Part shown: positions 1 through 8,373 of the stretch, one piece after another
How positions within the stretch are numbered: the stretch's first letter is position 1
Layout of the letters: every line of letters starts with the position of its first letter
From: Candidatus Oxydemutatoraceae bacterium
GTDB lineage: Bacteria > Pseudomonadota > Gammaproteobacteria > Poriferisulfidales > Oxydemutatoraceae
DNA: 64,000 nt
Reading direction: 5' to 3'
NCBI GenBank assembly: GCA_965218975.1
Contig: OZ244717.1
Coordinates: forward strand, 1,376,001-1,440,000
The notes under the pieces: model-generated
What the model saw: the letters and a program-made list of their open reading frames with translations, nothing else
The model's database searches: none
What the model was told of the DNA's origin: nothing
Translations under genes and position numbers: made by a program

Positions 1-3000
1 CTATGATGGTAACCGTCACTACGCCGTCGGCTTCGTCAAGCGTATCGTCGTCGGTGACAAGGTTGAGCACCGCTGTCGCAGAATCGGCAGCAAAAGTCAC
101 CATACTAGGCGTTCCGGTATTCGCAGTCGCCGCACGCACTCCGTCGGGATCATCTATCGTAATGTTCACCGTCAATGCCGGCGCATCTGTCGCGTCGGTC
201 CGCTCAAATACGAATACCGCCGGCTCGCCTTCCGTGACCATCGGTTCTGCCGCCGTAATCGTGACCGTCGTAGGCACATCAAGCACCGTCACCGTAATCA
301 CTTGCATCGTTGTCAATGCCCGATCACCCGTGCCGCCGATTGCCGCCACCGTAAGCATGTAAACGTTATCCGTATCTGCCGGATTCTCATAGTTCGGTGC
401 GGTTGTGAAGCTCAGTTCGCCAGAAGACGAATCTATGGTGAACAGGGCATCATCCGCACCGCCGGTAATCGAATACATCACCTCGTCTTGCGGGTTCGCA
501 TCCTCAGCCGTCACCATGCCGACTACTATCAGGCCCTCTTCAACCTCAAAACTTGCTGCACTGATGAATACCGGCGCCTCGTTATCAATGATTGTGATCG
601 TTTCCTCGCCGATTGTGTCGTCACCATGCCGCGCGGTTAGTGTAATCGTCTCATCTCCCTCAGCCGTCATGTCGTCTATTAGCGCCATGATCATTGCGTT
701 TAGCGCAGATTCTCCTGCCGTCAAAGTCAACTCATACGGCGGTAACAGCGGCGAACCGTCAACCGATACCGTATAGTCGTCCTCCGTTGCCGTGCCGTCA
801 AACTCTAACGTAATCGTTTGATCCTCAGCAAATACCGATTCGTTCGTGATCTCTAGCGTAATATCAATCGATTCGCCTTCGTCAATCGTTACCGCGCTCA
901 CCGATAAATCCAACTCCGGCACCGCATCATCGTCGATGATCGCAATCGTTTCCGTGCCGATTATGTCGGCGCCATGCCGCGCGGTTATCTCAATGGTTTC
1001 ATCATCCGCCTCATGCACTCGGTCGTCTGTCGCCGTTACCGTCGCGGTTATCGAAGACAACTCCGCCGGCAAAGTCAACTCATACGGCGACGACAACGGC
1101 GAACCGTCGACCGATACCGTATAGTCGTCCTCAGGCATCGCATCGCCGGTAAACTCTAACGCAATCGTTTGATCCTCAGCAAATACCGATTCGTTCGTGA
1201 TCTCTAGCGTAATATCAATCGATTCGCCTTCGTCAATCGTTACCGCGCTCACCGATAAATCCAACTCCGGCACCGCATCATCGTCGATGATCGCAATCGT
1301 TTCCGTGCCGATTATGTCGGCGCCATGCCGCGCGGTTATCTCAATGGTTTCATCATCCGCCTCATGCACTCGGTCGTCTGTCGCCGTTACCGTCGCGGTT
1401 ATCGAAGACAACTCCGCCGACAAAGTCAACTCATACGGCGACGACAACGGCGAACCGTCGACCGATACCGTATAGTCGTCCTCAGGCATCGCATCGCCGG
1501 TAAACTCTAACGCAATTGTTTGATCTTCGGCATATACCGACCCGGTCGCGGTCGTCATCACTGTAATATCAACCGATGCCCCTTCGTCGATAACAGTCGC
1601 ACCGACCGACAGAGACAATACCGGCGTCGTATCGTTGTCGATAAGCGTGATTGTCTGCGTCGTATCGTCCCCGTCCCTCACCGTAGCGGCCGGGTGGCTC
1701 GTAGTTAAGCGTAACTCAATCGTCTCATCCGCTTCATACACCGTGTCATCCGTCACCACTAAGCGCAACCTTAACTCTCGTATATGTATACTACCCTCAT
1801 CATCACGCCCATCCATGAACTCAATCGGTCGCATCAAACGATCGCCTTCCGTGAACGGCAGCGTTCTCGATCCTGTATTCCTCTCGCTGACAAACTCTAT
1901 TATATAATCCTCCCCGAACGTCGCCGTTCCCCCCACCTCAAGCATAATTGTATAAATCCCATCGAAAAGCCCTTCTCCCTGACCCAACCGGATTGAAACC
2001 GTATTCATGCCCGTGCTTTCATTAACGGTACTAGGCAATTCCTGCAAATAATCCCACCTAGGACCTACACCGTCATCGAAGATAGTCACCGTCGCTTCGC
2101 TGCGACCCCGATCAATCACGACCGTATCGTCGGAATGCGCCGCCGTTCCATCCGTAATAACCACCGAAAAGCTCTGATCATCGAGGGTCAAAATGTTGTC
2201 ATTGACAATCTCAGCCGTCACCGTTTGCGACGATTCGGTCACGCCTACTTCGGGTGAAAAGACGACTTCCGCATTATCAAAGGGTCGATAATCCTCCACA
2301 ATCTCCGCGCTGCCTTCGCGTGTCGAGACAGTAACGGTCACTTTATCCTGCGGCGCACGCCCGACGCCAGTCAGTCTGAGCGTGAGTTCAACCCGCCCAT
2401 CGCTTTCATTGACCGTATATTCGGTCGGATCAAACATCAGGATGAATACCGCCGTCGCGGAGCTCGGTGTCGCCGTGATTTGTGCGGCTGCGCCGTTGCC
2501 CGCTGCGCTGACCGTACGCACTTCAAATGTGTATTCCGTGTCGTTGGTCAAATCGGTTACGATTTGAGTCCTGACCTCACTCGTCGCATCGCCGGCGGCA
2601 TTCCATTCCTGAGCCTCAATCGTTCCGGCGTCGCTACTCACACGATATTCGTAATGGTCAATCGGCGAAGTGCCGGGGTCGGCAGGCGCATCCCAACTTA
2701 GGATCGCGTGCGTATCGCCCGCCGCGGCTGCTAACTCCGCCGGCGCATCGGGCACGACATCGTTATCGATGAGCGTGATTGTCTGAGTCGTATCTTCGTT
2801 TACCGTAGCGGCCGGGTGGTCCGTCGCGAGACGTAACTCAATGGTCTCATCCGCTTCATACGTCGTGTCATCCGTCACCACTAAGAGGAAACTTAAATTT
2901 ATTAGATTTATAGTAGGCCCATCCCGAATCTCAATCGGTCGCATCAAAAGATTGTCTTCCGTGAACGGCAGCTCCGACCCCTGGTGGTGCACGCTGACAA

Positions 3001-6000
3001 GCTGTATTATATAATCTTCCCCGAACGTCGCCGTTCCTCCTACCTCAAGTATAATCGTATAAAACTCTACGAGAGCCCCCTGACTCTCGTTTTCCAACAC
3101 GATTGAAACCGTATTCATGCCCGTGCTTTCATTAACAGTGTTAGGTAACTCTTGCAAATTCCAAATAGGGCCTACATCGTCATCAACGATGATGGTCACC
3201 GTCGCTTCGCTCCGATTCCGATCAATCACCACCGTATCGTCGGAATGCGTTGCCGACACATCGTCAATAACCACCGAAAAGACCTCGTCATCGGGTTCAA
3301 AAATGACGTCATTGACAATCTGAATCGTCACCGTTTGCGACAACTCGGTCATGCCTGCTTCGGCTGAAAAGACGACTTCCATATTGTTAAAGGGTAGATA
3401 ATCCTTATCGCTTAACGCGCTGCCGTCACACGTCGAGACAAAAACGTTTATATCGCCCTGCGGCGCACGCCCGGCACTGATCAGTTTGAGCGTAAGAGTG
3501 ACCGCAGCATTAAGATCACTTCCGCCTCCGGCGTCTTCAGTGATCGTATACTCGCTCGGGTCAAACGTCAGGATGAATACCACCGTCGCGGAATTCGGCG
3601 TCGCCGTGATTTGCGCGGTGGTGCCGTTGCCCGCTGCACTGACCGCCCGCACTTCAAATGTGTATTTCGTGTCGTTGGTTAAATCGGTTACGATTTGAGT
3701 TCTGACCTCACTCGTCGCATCGTCGGCGCTTGTCCAGTCCGGGTCCCAAACCGTTCCGCCGTCGGTGCTCACGCGATATTCGTAATAGTCGATCGGCGCA
3801 GTGCCGGAATCGGCAGGCGTATCCCAACTTAGAACTGCGTGTGTGTCGCCCGCCTCGGCCGTTAAGTTCACCGGCGCACTCGGTGTAGGCAACGGGGTTG
3901 AGATCACGGCCATTGCGGTGGTTGTTCCTGCCTCGTTGAAGGCTGCGACCTCAACCGTGTATTTGGTGCCGTTGGTCAGACCCTCGATCGTATAGCGACC
4001 GCTCAGGGATTGCAGTCGGTAAAGCTTAGCAGTTTCGTTATCTACCATATAGAGTTGGCCGTCGTGCGAGGCGAGGCCGGTCGCGGTCGGAAGGGCCTCA
4101 TCGAGATTAAAGTTGCTTGGGCCTACTTGGACGGCTCTGCTCGTTTCGGGATTGAGGGTGAGGAGGGCATCCTTCCCAGCGCCTACCATATAGAGTTGAC
4201 CGTCGTGCGAGGCGAGGCCAAATGGCCCCCACTCGTTGACGTTAAACTGACGTACATTGCCTACTCGGACGGCACCGCCCGTTGCGGGATCGAGGATGTA
4301 GAGGACATCATTCCGATTGCCTATCATATAGAGTCGGCCGTCGTGCGAGGTGATGCCGCTCGGAAGGTCCTCACGGACATTCGCACTAAATCCCAATGAA
4401 CCCATTTGTTTGGCTATGCCTGTTTTGGGGTTGAGGGTGTGGAGGGCAGGCCTCCCATGGCCTACCAGATAGAGTCGGTCGTCGTGCGAGGCGAGGCCGT
4501 CCGGGTCCCTTTCGTCGACCGTAAATCTCCTTGGACCCACTTGTTTGGCTATGCCTGTTTCGGAGTCAAGGGTGTGGAGAGCATCCCTATCTCTGCCTAC
4601 CATATAAAGTTGACCGTCGTGCGAGGTGATGCCGCTCGGGCGGAACTCACCGACACCAAATCCTGCGGCAGTATTCCCGGCTTGCTGCGCGAAGCCGACG
4701 TGGACGTTGATCTCTGTGGACAGTGCAGGTGGACCGGTGCTTGTCCAACGCACGGTGTAGCCATCGGGTATACCGCCCGTCGCAAGGTCCGGGGCCTTCC
4801 AGACCGCGGTGATCGTTTCGTTGCCCGACACGGTTTCTACGTTTTGAGGCACATTCGGTGCGAGCAGCAAGGATGTCGGAGTCGCACGCACGGCGGCCGC
4901 TGTGGCCGCACCGGCCGCATTAACTGCTGTGACTTCGATTGTGTATTCGGTGTCGTTGGCCAGACCTTCGATCGTATATCGGGTCACGTCTGCTGCGACG
5001 GTCGCGTTGCCGATGCCGGCGGGCGGAGTCCAACTGATGCGGTAGTCTGCGACCGGGCCGCCTGTTTCCGGAGCCTGCCAGATGACGGTGATCCTTTCAT
5101 TGTTCGGCACGGTTTCTACGCTTCGAGGCGTACTCGGTGCGGGCAGCGGGGCTGCGGTTACGGTCGCTGTGGTTGCGCCTGCCTCGTTGAAGGCTACGAT
5201 CTCAATCGTGTATTTGGTGCCGTTGGTCAGACCCTCGATCGTATAGCGACCGCTCAGGGATTGCAGTCGGTAAAGCGTATCAGTAGCACGACCTGTCATA
5301 TAAAGTTGGCCGCCGTGCGAGGCGAGGCCGCTTGGGGCCATCTCACCGACATTAAATTCCGCCGGACCTATTTGGACGTCTATGCCCGTTTGGGGATCAA
5401 GGGTATGGAGGGCATCCCTAAAACTGTCTACCATATAGAGTTGACCGTCGTGCGAGGCGAGGCCGTTCGGCCTACCAAGGAGATCTGCTGAGCCTATTAG
5501 GACGGCTATGCCCGTTTGGGGGTCAATGGTGTAGAGGGCAAGCGCAACGGTGCCTACCATATAGAGTTGATCGTCGTGTGAGGCGAGGCCGGTCGGATTC
5601 TCATTTACGGTTAGGTCAAATCGGGTCGCTGCGCCTGTTTGGGGGTTGAGGGTGTAGAAGCTGCGGCTCCCGCTTCCCCCGCTTACCATATAGAGTCGGT
5701 CTTCATGCGAGGCGAGGCCCTGCGGGCTGATTCCCTCAACATTAAAATTCATCGTGCTTACTCGAGCCGCTGCACCCGTTTCGGGGTCGAGGGTGTAGAG
5801 GGCATTTCCTGCAGTGCCCACCATATAGAGTTGACCGTCGTGTGAGGTGAGGCCAGTCGGCTGGCTCTCACCGACACCAAATCCTGCGGCAGTATTCCCG
5901 GCTTGTTGCGCAAAGCCGACCCGGACAGTGACCTCTGTGGACAGTGCAGGTGGGTCGGCACTTGTCCAATGTACGGTGTAGCCGTCGGGTGTGCCGCCCG

Positions 6001-6154
6001 CTGTCGGAGCCTTCCAAGTGACGGTAATTTGTTTGTCAGCGGGTGTAACTTCTACGTTATTAGGAGCTGCGGGTTGAGTCTGCTGCGCCTGTATTGATAA
6101 AGCATACAGTATGCAGCATATGCCGATCGCAGTACGTATATAAGAAGAACGCAT
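1..6154 (-). CDS. Giant secreted surface adhesin (signal peptide, FN3 domains with inserted beta-propellers, Calx-beta-like and cadherin repeats); runs off the window edge, >2050 aa
   Basis: Manual minus-strand translation from ATG 6154: MRSSYIRTAIGICCILYALSIQA|QQTQPAAPNNVEVTPADKQITVTWKAP (signal peptide + FN3). The same frame was confirmed at 4046, 2693, 773 and 2. FN3 motifs (YTIEGLTNGTKYT, LSWDAP), Calx-like VTDDT/TIIDDD ends and a cadherin motif (APVFISAASFEVEEG...APNYENPAD) are present. Absent from the ORF track, probably because it has no stop in the window. Confidence 0.9.
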   Translation of the reverse strand, partial: MRSSYIRTAIGICCILYALSIQAQQTQPAAPNNVEVTPADKQITVTWKAPTAGGTPDGYTVHWTSADPPALSTEVTVRVGFAQQAGNTAAGFGVGESQPTGLTSHDGQLYMVGTAGNALYTLDPETGAAARVSTMNFNVEGISPQGLASHEDRLYMVSGGSGSRSFYTLNPQTGAATRFDLTVNENPTGLASHDDQLYMVGTVALALYTIDPQTGIAVLIGSADLLGRPNGLASHDGQLYMVDSFRDALHTLDPQTGIDVQIGPAEFNVGEMAPSGLASHGGQLYMTGRATDTLYRLQSLSGRYTIEGLTNGTKYTIEIVAFNEAGATTATVTAAPLPAPSTPRSVETVPNNERITVIWQAPETGGPVADYRISWTPPAGIGNATVAADVTRYTIEGLANDTEYTIEVTAVNAAGAATAAAVRATPTSLLLAPNVPQNVETVSGNETITAVWKAPDLATGGIPDGYTVRWTSTGPPALSTEINVHVGFAQQAGNTAAGFGVGEFRPSGITSHDGQLYMVGRDRDALHTLDSETGIAKQVGPRRFTVDERDPDGLASHDDRLYLVGHGRPALHTLNPKTGIAKQMGSLGFSANVREDLPSGITSHDGRLYMIGNRNDVLYILDPATGGAVRVGNVRQFNVNEWGPFGLASHDGQLYMVGAGKDALLTLNPETSRAVQVGPSNFNLDEALPTATGLASHDGQLYMVDNETAKLYRLQSLSGRYTIEGLTNGTKYTVEVAAFNEAGTTTAMAVISTPLPTPSAPVNLTAEAGDTHAVLSWDTPADSGTAPIDYYEYRVSTDGGTVWDPDWTSADDATSEVRTQIVTDLTNDTKYTFEVRAVSAAGNGTTAQITATPNSATVVFILTFDPSEYTITEDAGGGSDLNAAVTLTLKLISAGRAPQGDINVFVSTCDGSALSDKDYLPFNNMEVVFSAEAGMTELSQTVTIQIVNDVIFEPDDEVFSVVIDDVSATHSDDTVVIDRNRSEATVTIIVDDDVGPIWNLQELPNTVNESTGMNTVSIVLENESQGALVEFYTIILEVGGTATFGEDYIIQLVSVHHQGSELPFTEDNLLMRPIEIRDGPTINLINLSFLLVVTDDTTYEADETIELRLATDHPAATVNEDTTQTITLIDNDVVPDAPAELAAAAGDTHAILSWDAPADPGTSPIDHYEYRVSSDAGTIEAQEWNAAGDATSEVRTQIVTDLTNDTEYTFEVRTVSAAGNGAAAQITATPSSATAVFILMFDPTEYTVNESDGRVELTLRLTGVGRAPQDKVTVTVSTREGSAEIVEDYRPFDNAEVVFSPEVGVTESSQTVTAEIVNDNILTLDDQSFSVVITDGTAAHSDDTVVIDRGRSEATVTIFDDGVGPRWDYLQELPSTVNESTGMNTVSIRLGQGEGLFDGIYTIMLEVGGTATFGEDYIIEFVSERNTGSRTLPFTEGDRLMRPIEFMDGRDDEGSIHIRELRLRLVVTDDTVYEADETIELRLTTSHPAATVRDGDDTTQTITLIDNDTTPVLSLSVGATVIDEGASVDITVMTTATGSVYAEDQTIALEFTGDAMPEDDYTVSVDGSPLSSPYELTLSAELSSITATVTATDDRVHEADDETIEITARHGADIIGTETIAIIDDDAVPELDLSVSAVTIDEGESIDITLEITNESVFAEDQTIALEFTGDAMPEDDYTVSVDGSPLSSPYELTLPAELSSITATVTATDDRVHEADDETIEITARHGADIIGTETIAIIDDDAVPELDLSVSAVTIDEGESIDITLEITNESVFAEDQTITLEFDGTATEDDYTVSVDGSPLLPPYELTLTAGESALNAMIMALIDDMTAEGDETITLTARHGDDTIGEETITIIDNEAPVFISAASFEVEEGLIVVGMVTAEDANPQDEVMYSITGGADDALFTIDSSSGELSFTTAPNYENPADTDNVYMLTVAAIGGTGDRALTTMQVITVTVLDVPTTVTITAAEPMVTEGEPAVFVFERTDATDAPALTVNITIDDPDGVRAATANTGTPSMVTFAADSATAVLNLVTDDDTLDEADGVVTVTII
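812..1513. repeat. Near-perfect 351-bp (117-codon) tandem duplication within the adhesin Calx-like units
   Basis: aactctaacg recurs at 801, 1152 and 1503; 812-1162 and 1163-1513 show only one difference that I noticed (ccggcaaag vs ccgacaaag). Confidence 0.9.
1640..3885. repeat. Diverged ~1.13-kb tandem duplication (FN3 + two Calx-beta-like domains, twice)
   Basis: Shared anchors such as gattgaaaccgtattcatgcccgtgctttcattaac, tcaatcggtcgcatcaaa and aaatcggttacgatttgagt occur in both ~1640-2755 and ~2768-3885. Confidence 0.85.
4026..4645 (-). repeat. Five ~40-aa PxG(L/I)xSHDGxLYM repeats (propeller module 2 of adhesin)
   Basis: Minus-strand translation shows 5 repeats of the GLASHDGQLYMVG..ALxTL(D/N)PxTG motif. 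Confidence 0.85.
5277..5866 (-). repeat. Five ~40-aa PxGLxSHDGQLYM repeats (propeller module 1 of adhesin)
   Basis: PTGLTSHDGQLYMVG, PQGLASHEDRLYMVS, PTGLASHDDQLYMVG, PNGLASHDGQLYMVD, PSGLASHGGQLYMTG. Confidence 0.85.
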
Positions 6155-6169
6155 AATAGTTTTTTTTTA

Positions 6170-6198
6170 ATTATAGTGATAAAGTTGTACGATGTCAC
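6170..6198 (-). promoter_or_regulatory. Candidate sigma70 hybrid promoter for the adhesin: -35 GTGACA inside the IS481 end, 17-bp spacer, -10 TATAAT in flanking DNA
   Basis: Minus strand reads GTGACA-tcgtacaactttatcac-TATAAT; the IS terminus (…cgtaca) lies within the spacer; the -10 box ends 16 nt before the adhesin ATG. Confidence 0.65.
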
Positions 6199-6279
6199 CC
6201 CTAAAAGGGATTTTTGAAGCGTTCGGTAGTAACATTCGGACCGGTGTTTTCTGTCCGTTGCCGGTATGAGGGTGGTGCG

Positions 6280-6642
6280 GGGTGAGACGTGCCCTGAAAA
6301 CCGACTGATTTTCAGCGGCGAACGACCCGACAAGGACGTCGGGGCTGGGGCTTGTTGACAGAACCCAGTCGCGTCATGGGTGAGACGCGCCCGGAAAACC
6401 AATTGGTTTTCAGCGGTGAACGACCCGACAAGGACGTCGGGGCTGGGGCTTGTTGACAGAACCCAGTCGCGTCATGGGTGAGACGCGCCCGGAAAACCAA
6501 TTGGTTTTCAGCGGTGAACGACCCGACAAGGACGTCGGGGCTGGGGCTTGTTGACAGAACCCAGTCGCGTCATGGACGACAGGCACTTTGCCGACAATCC
6601 GGCACAATCCGCCGACAACCTGGCAGCAAACACAAAACGGTT
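6280..6642 (-). repeat. Array 1: three tandem 98-bp structured units (6280-6573) plus ~70-bp leader
   Basis: GGGTGAGACG starts at 6280, 6378 and 6476 (period 98); the leader ends in ...cacaaaacggtt at 6642. Confidence 0.95.
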
Positions 6643-6848
6643 CCATAACCGGTCATTGAATGCTTCCGTATCGGCGAATAGCAGATTTTCTGCATGATCA
6701 ATACAATCCTCCTAAACCGTACGGTTAAAGCGCTTGATGTGCGCGTTCATTTTCAGACACTTGGGATAGGTCAGTCACTGCTCAATCGCGGATGATTCCA
6801 GGATGAGCTGGGCAAACTGTCCTTGAAACTCACTACCGCCGTCCGTCA

Positions 6849-7213
6849 GGGTGAGACGCGCCCGGAAAACCGATCGGTTTTCAGCGGCGAACGACCCGAC
6901 AAAGACGTCGGGGGCTGGGGCTTGTTGACAGAACCCAGTCGCGTCATGGGTGAGACGCGCCCGGAAAACCAATTGGTTTTCAGCGGCGAACGACCCGACA
7001 AGGACGTCGGGGCTGGGGCTTGTTGACAGAACCAAGTCTCGTCATGGGTGAGACGCGCCCGGAAAACCAATTGGTTTTCAGCGGCGAACGACCCGACAAA
7101 GACGTCGAGGCTGGGGCTTGTTGACAGAACCCAGTCGCGTCATGGACGACAGGCACTTTGCCGACAATCCGGCACAATCTGCCGAAAATCCACCACCAAA
7201 CTACAAAACGGTT
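6849..7213 (-). repeat. Array 2: three tandem 98/99-bp units (6849-7143) plus leader
   Basis: GGGTGAGACG starts at 6849, 6948 and 7046; the leader is similar to that of array 1. Confidence 0.95.
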
Positions 7214-8038
7214 CCATAACCGGTCATTGAATGCTTCCGTATCGGCGAATAGCAGATTTTCTGCATGATCAATACAATCCTCCCAAACCGTACGGTTAAA
7301 ACGCTTGATGTGCGCGTCCACTATACACGCCAGGGTCAGGCGCAGGAATGCGGCTGTTACAGCGGTTGGTTGCCACTGCCGTTGCCATGCGGGTATAGAC
7401 ATTGATGGCCGTTAAGATGGTGCGGCGCATCCCGTGCTGATAACGCACAATTGTATCCAGGGCGATGCAATGCCCCCGGATACTGTGCTTTGAAGTCTTT
7501 CGGCTTGTGTGCCCTGCAACGGCGCTTGAACAGTTGTTTTGTTTGCCCTTTGGCATTTGTGCGCTGCGGAATAACGGCGCATCTTGTCTGGGGCTGCGGC
7601 GATGATGCGCTCGATAGTCGAGACGCTGGGAGGTGGCCAGGGCCGCGGCGCGTACACCACGGCTCAAGCAACTTCTGCAGCGGCTGTTTACCTAAGTTCG
7701 GATAATCCTCGCGCAGGCGGCGGATTGCTTGCACCAAACCAGGCGGGCGTTGTGCTTTGCGGCGGCAGCGCTGCTACGTTGTATCCGGCCTCCCTCAAGG
7801 TCTGCCGCCACCGATACAAAGTACTGCGACCGACCTTGAATGCGTTCGGGAGTTACACCCTCCCAAAATGAGGGCATAGCATATTTCTGTTGAAGATTAG
7901 AGCGCTCATGAGCCTCCATTTTGTTAGCTAAATTGGCTCATATAGAAACCTTTGATGCGGTGGCCGATGTGTTGATATTGCATATCGGTCACCTTTTTGA
8001 GTTAAGCCGTGAGTCTCATATGTATCTGGCACTATACA

Positions 8039-8253
8039 TTCGCACAGCCGCAAAGCAAGCGCGCCACGGTGTACGGGCTGGAACGAAACAGCGGTGTTTT
8101 GCTGAATCTTGACCGGGTCTACCAAACTATGGACCACCTTGAGGAGGCGGTGATCGCACGCATCTAGGAACAGTTTCATCAGACAGCACAAAAGTTGTAT
8201 GACCGGCCTTGTGAGGTGTTCTTCTTTGATTGCACGGCACTGTCGAACTCAAG
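8039..8253 (+). mobile_element. IS1634-family transposase fragment with probable right end
   Basis: Translation AQPQSKRATVYGLERNSGVLLNLDRVYQTMDHLEEAVIARI*...EVFFFDCTAL resembles the IS1634 N-terminal/first-Asp region (from recall); ends in ctgtcgaactcaag; contains an internal stop. Confidence 0.6.
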
Positions 8254-8373
8254 TGAATATTTTGCAATGATTTTTCCGCACAATTAAAGTCTAAAAACAA
8301 GTCAGTGCGGCATTTGTTGATGCTTGTTTTTTTACCCTCGCAAGAGAATCAAGTAAGGTTTCCGGTGAAATAA

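Larger units (their letters stand above)
6186..8038 (-). mobile_element. Degraded IS481-family element (frameshifted, internally deleted and duplicated transposase)
   Basis: TGT...ACA termini (TGTATAGTGCCAGATAC at 8038; TGTACGATGTCACCC at 6186). Fragments MQYQHIGHRIKGFY, IRRLREDYPNLGK, IALDTIV, LTDGGSEFQG, AHIKRFNRTV and PHH match the IS481/rve DDE pattern. Confidence 0.85.

Noticed and set aside
1640-5866. Diversity-generating retroelement TR/VR pair explaining adhesin variability
   Set aside because: Differences include indels and all base types rather than adenine-only changes; both copies are coding; no reverse transcriptase in the window.
3-6097. Many plus-strand ORFs, including the 361-aa ORF at 4406-5491
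   Set aside because: Antisense shadows of the repetitive minus-strand adhesin; no recognisable motifs.
6280-7143. CRISPR array interpretation of the repeats
   Set aside because: Units are 98 bp and head-to-tail with no unique spacers; no cas genes in the window.
6052-7230. Short repeated ORFs (MVFRARLTHDATG...) over the arrays
   Set aside because: The 98-bp period shifts frame with each unit, so these ORFs are by-products of the repeat.
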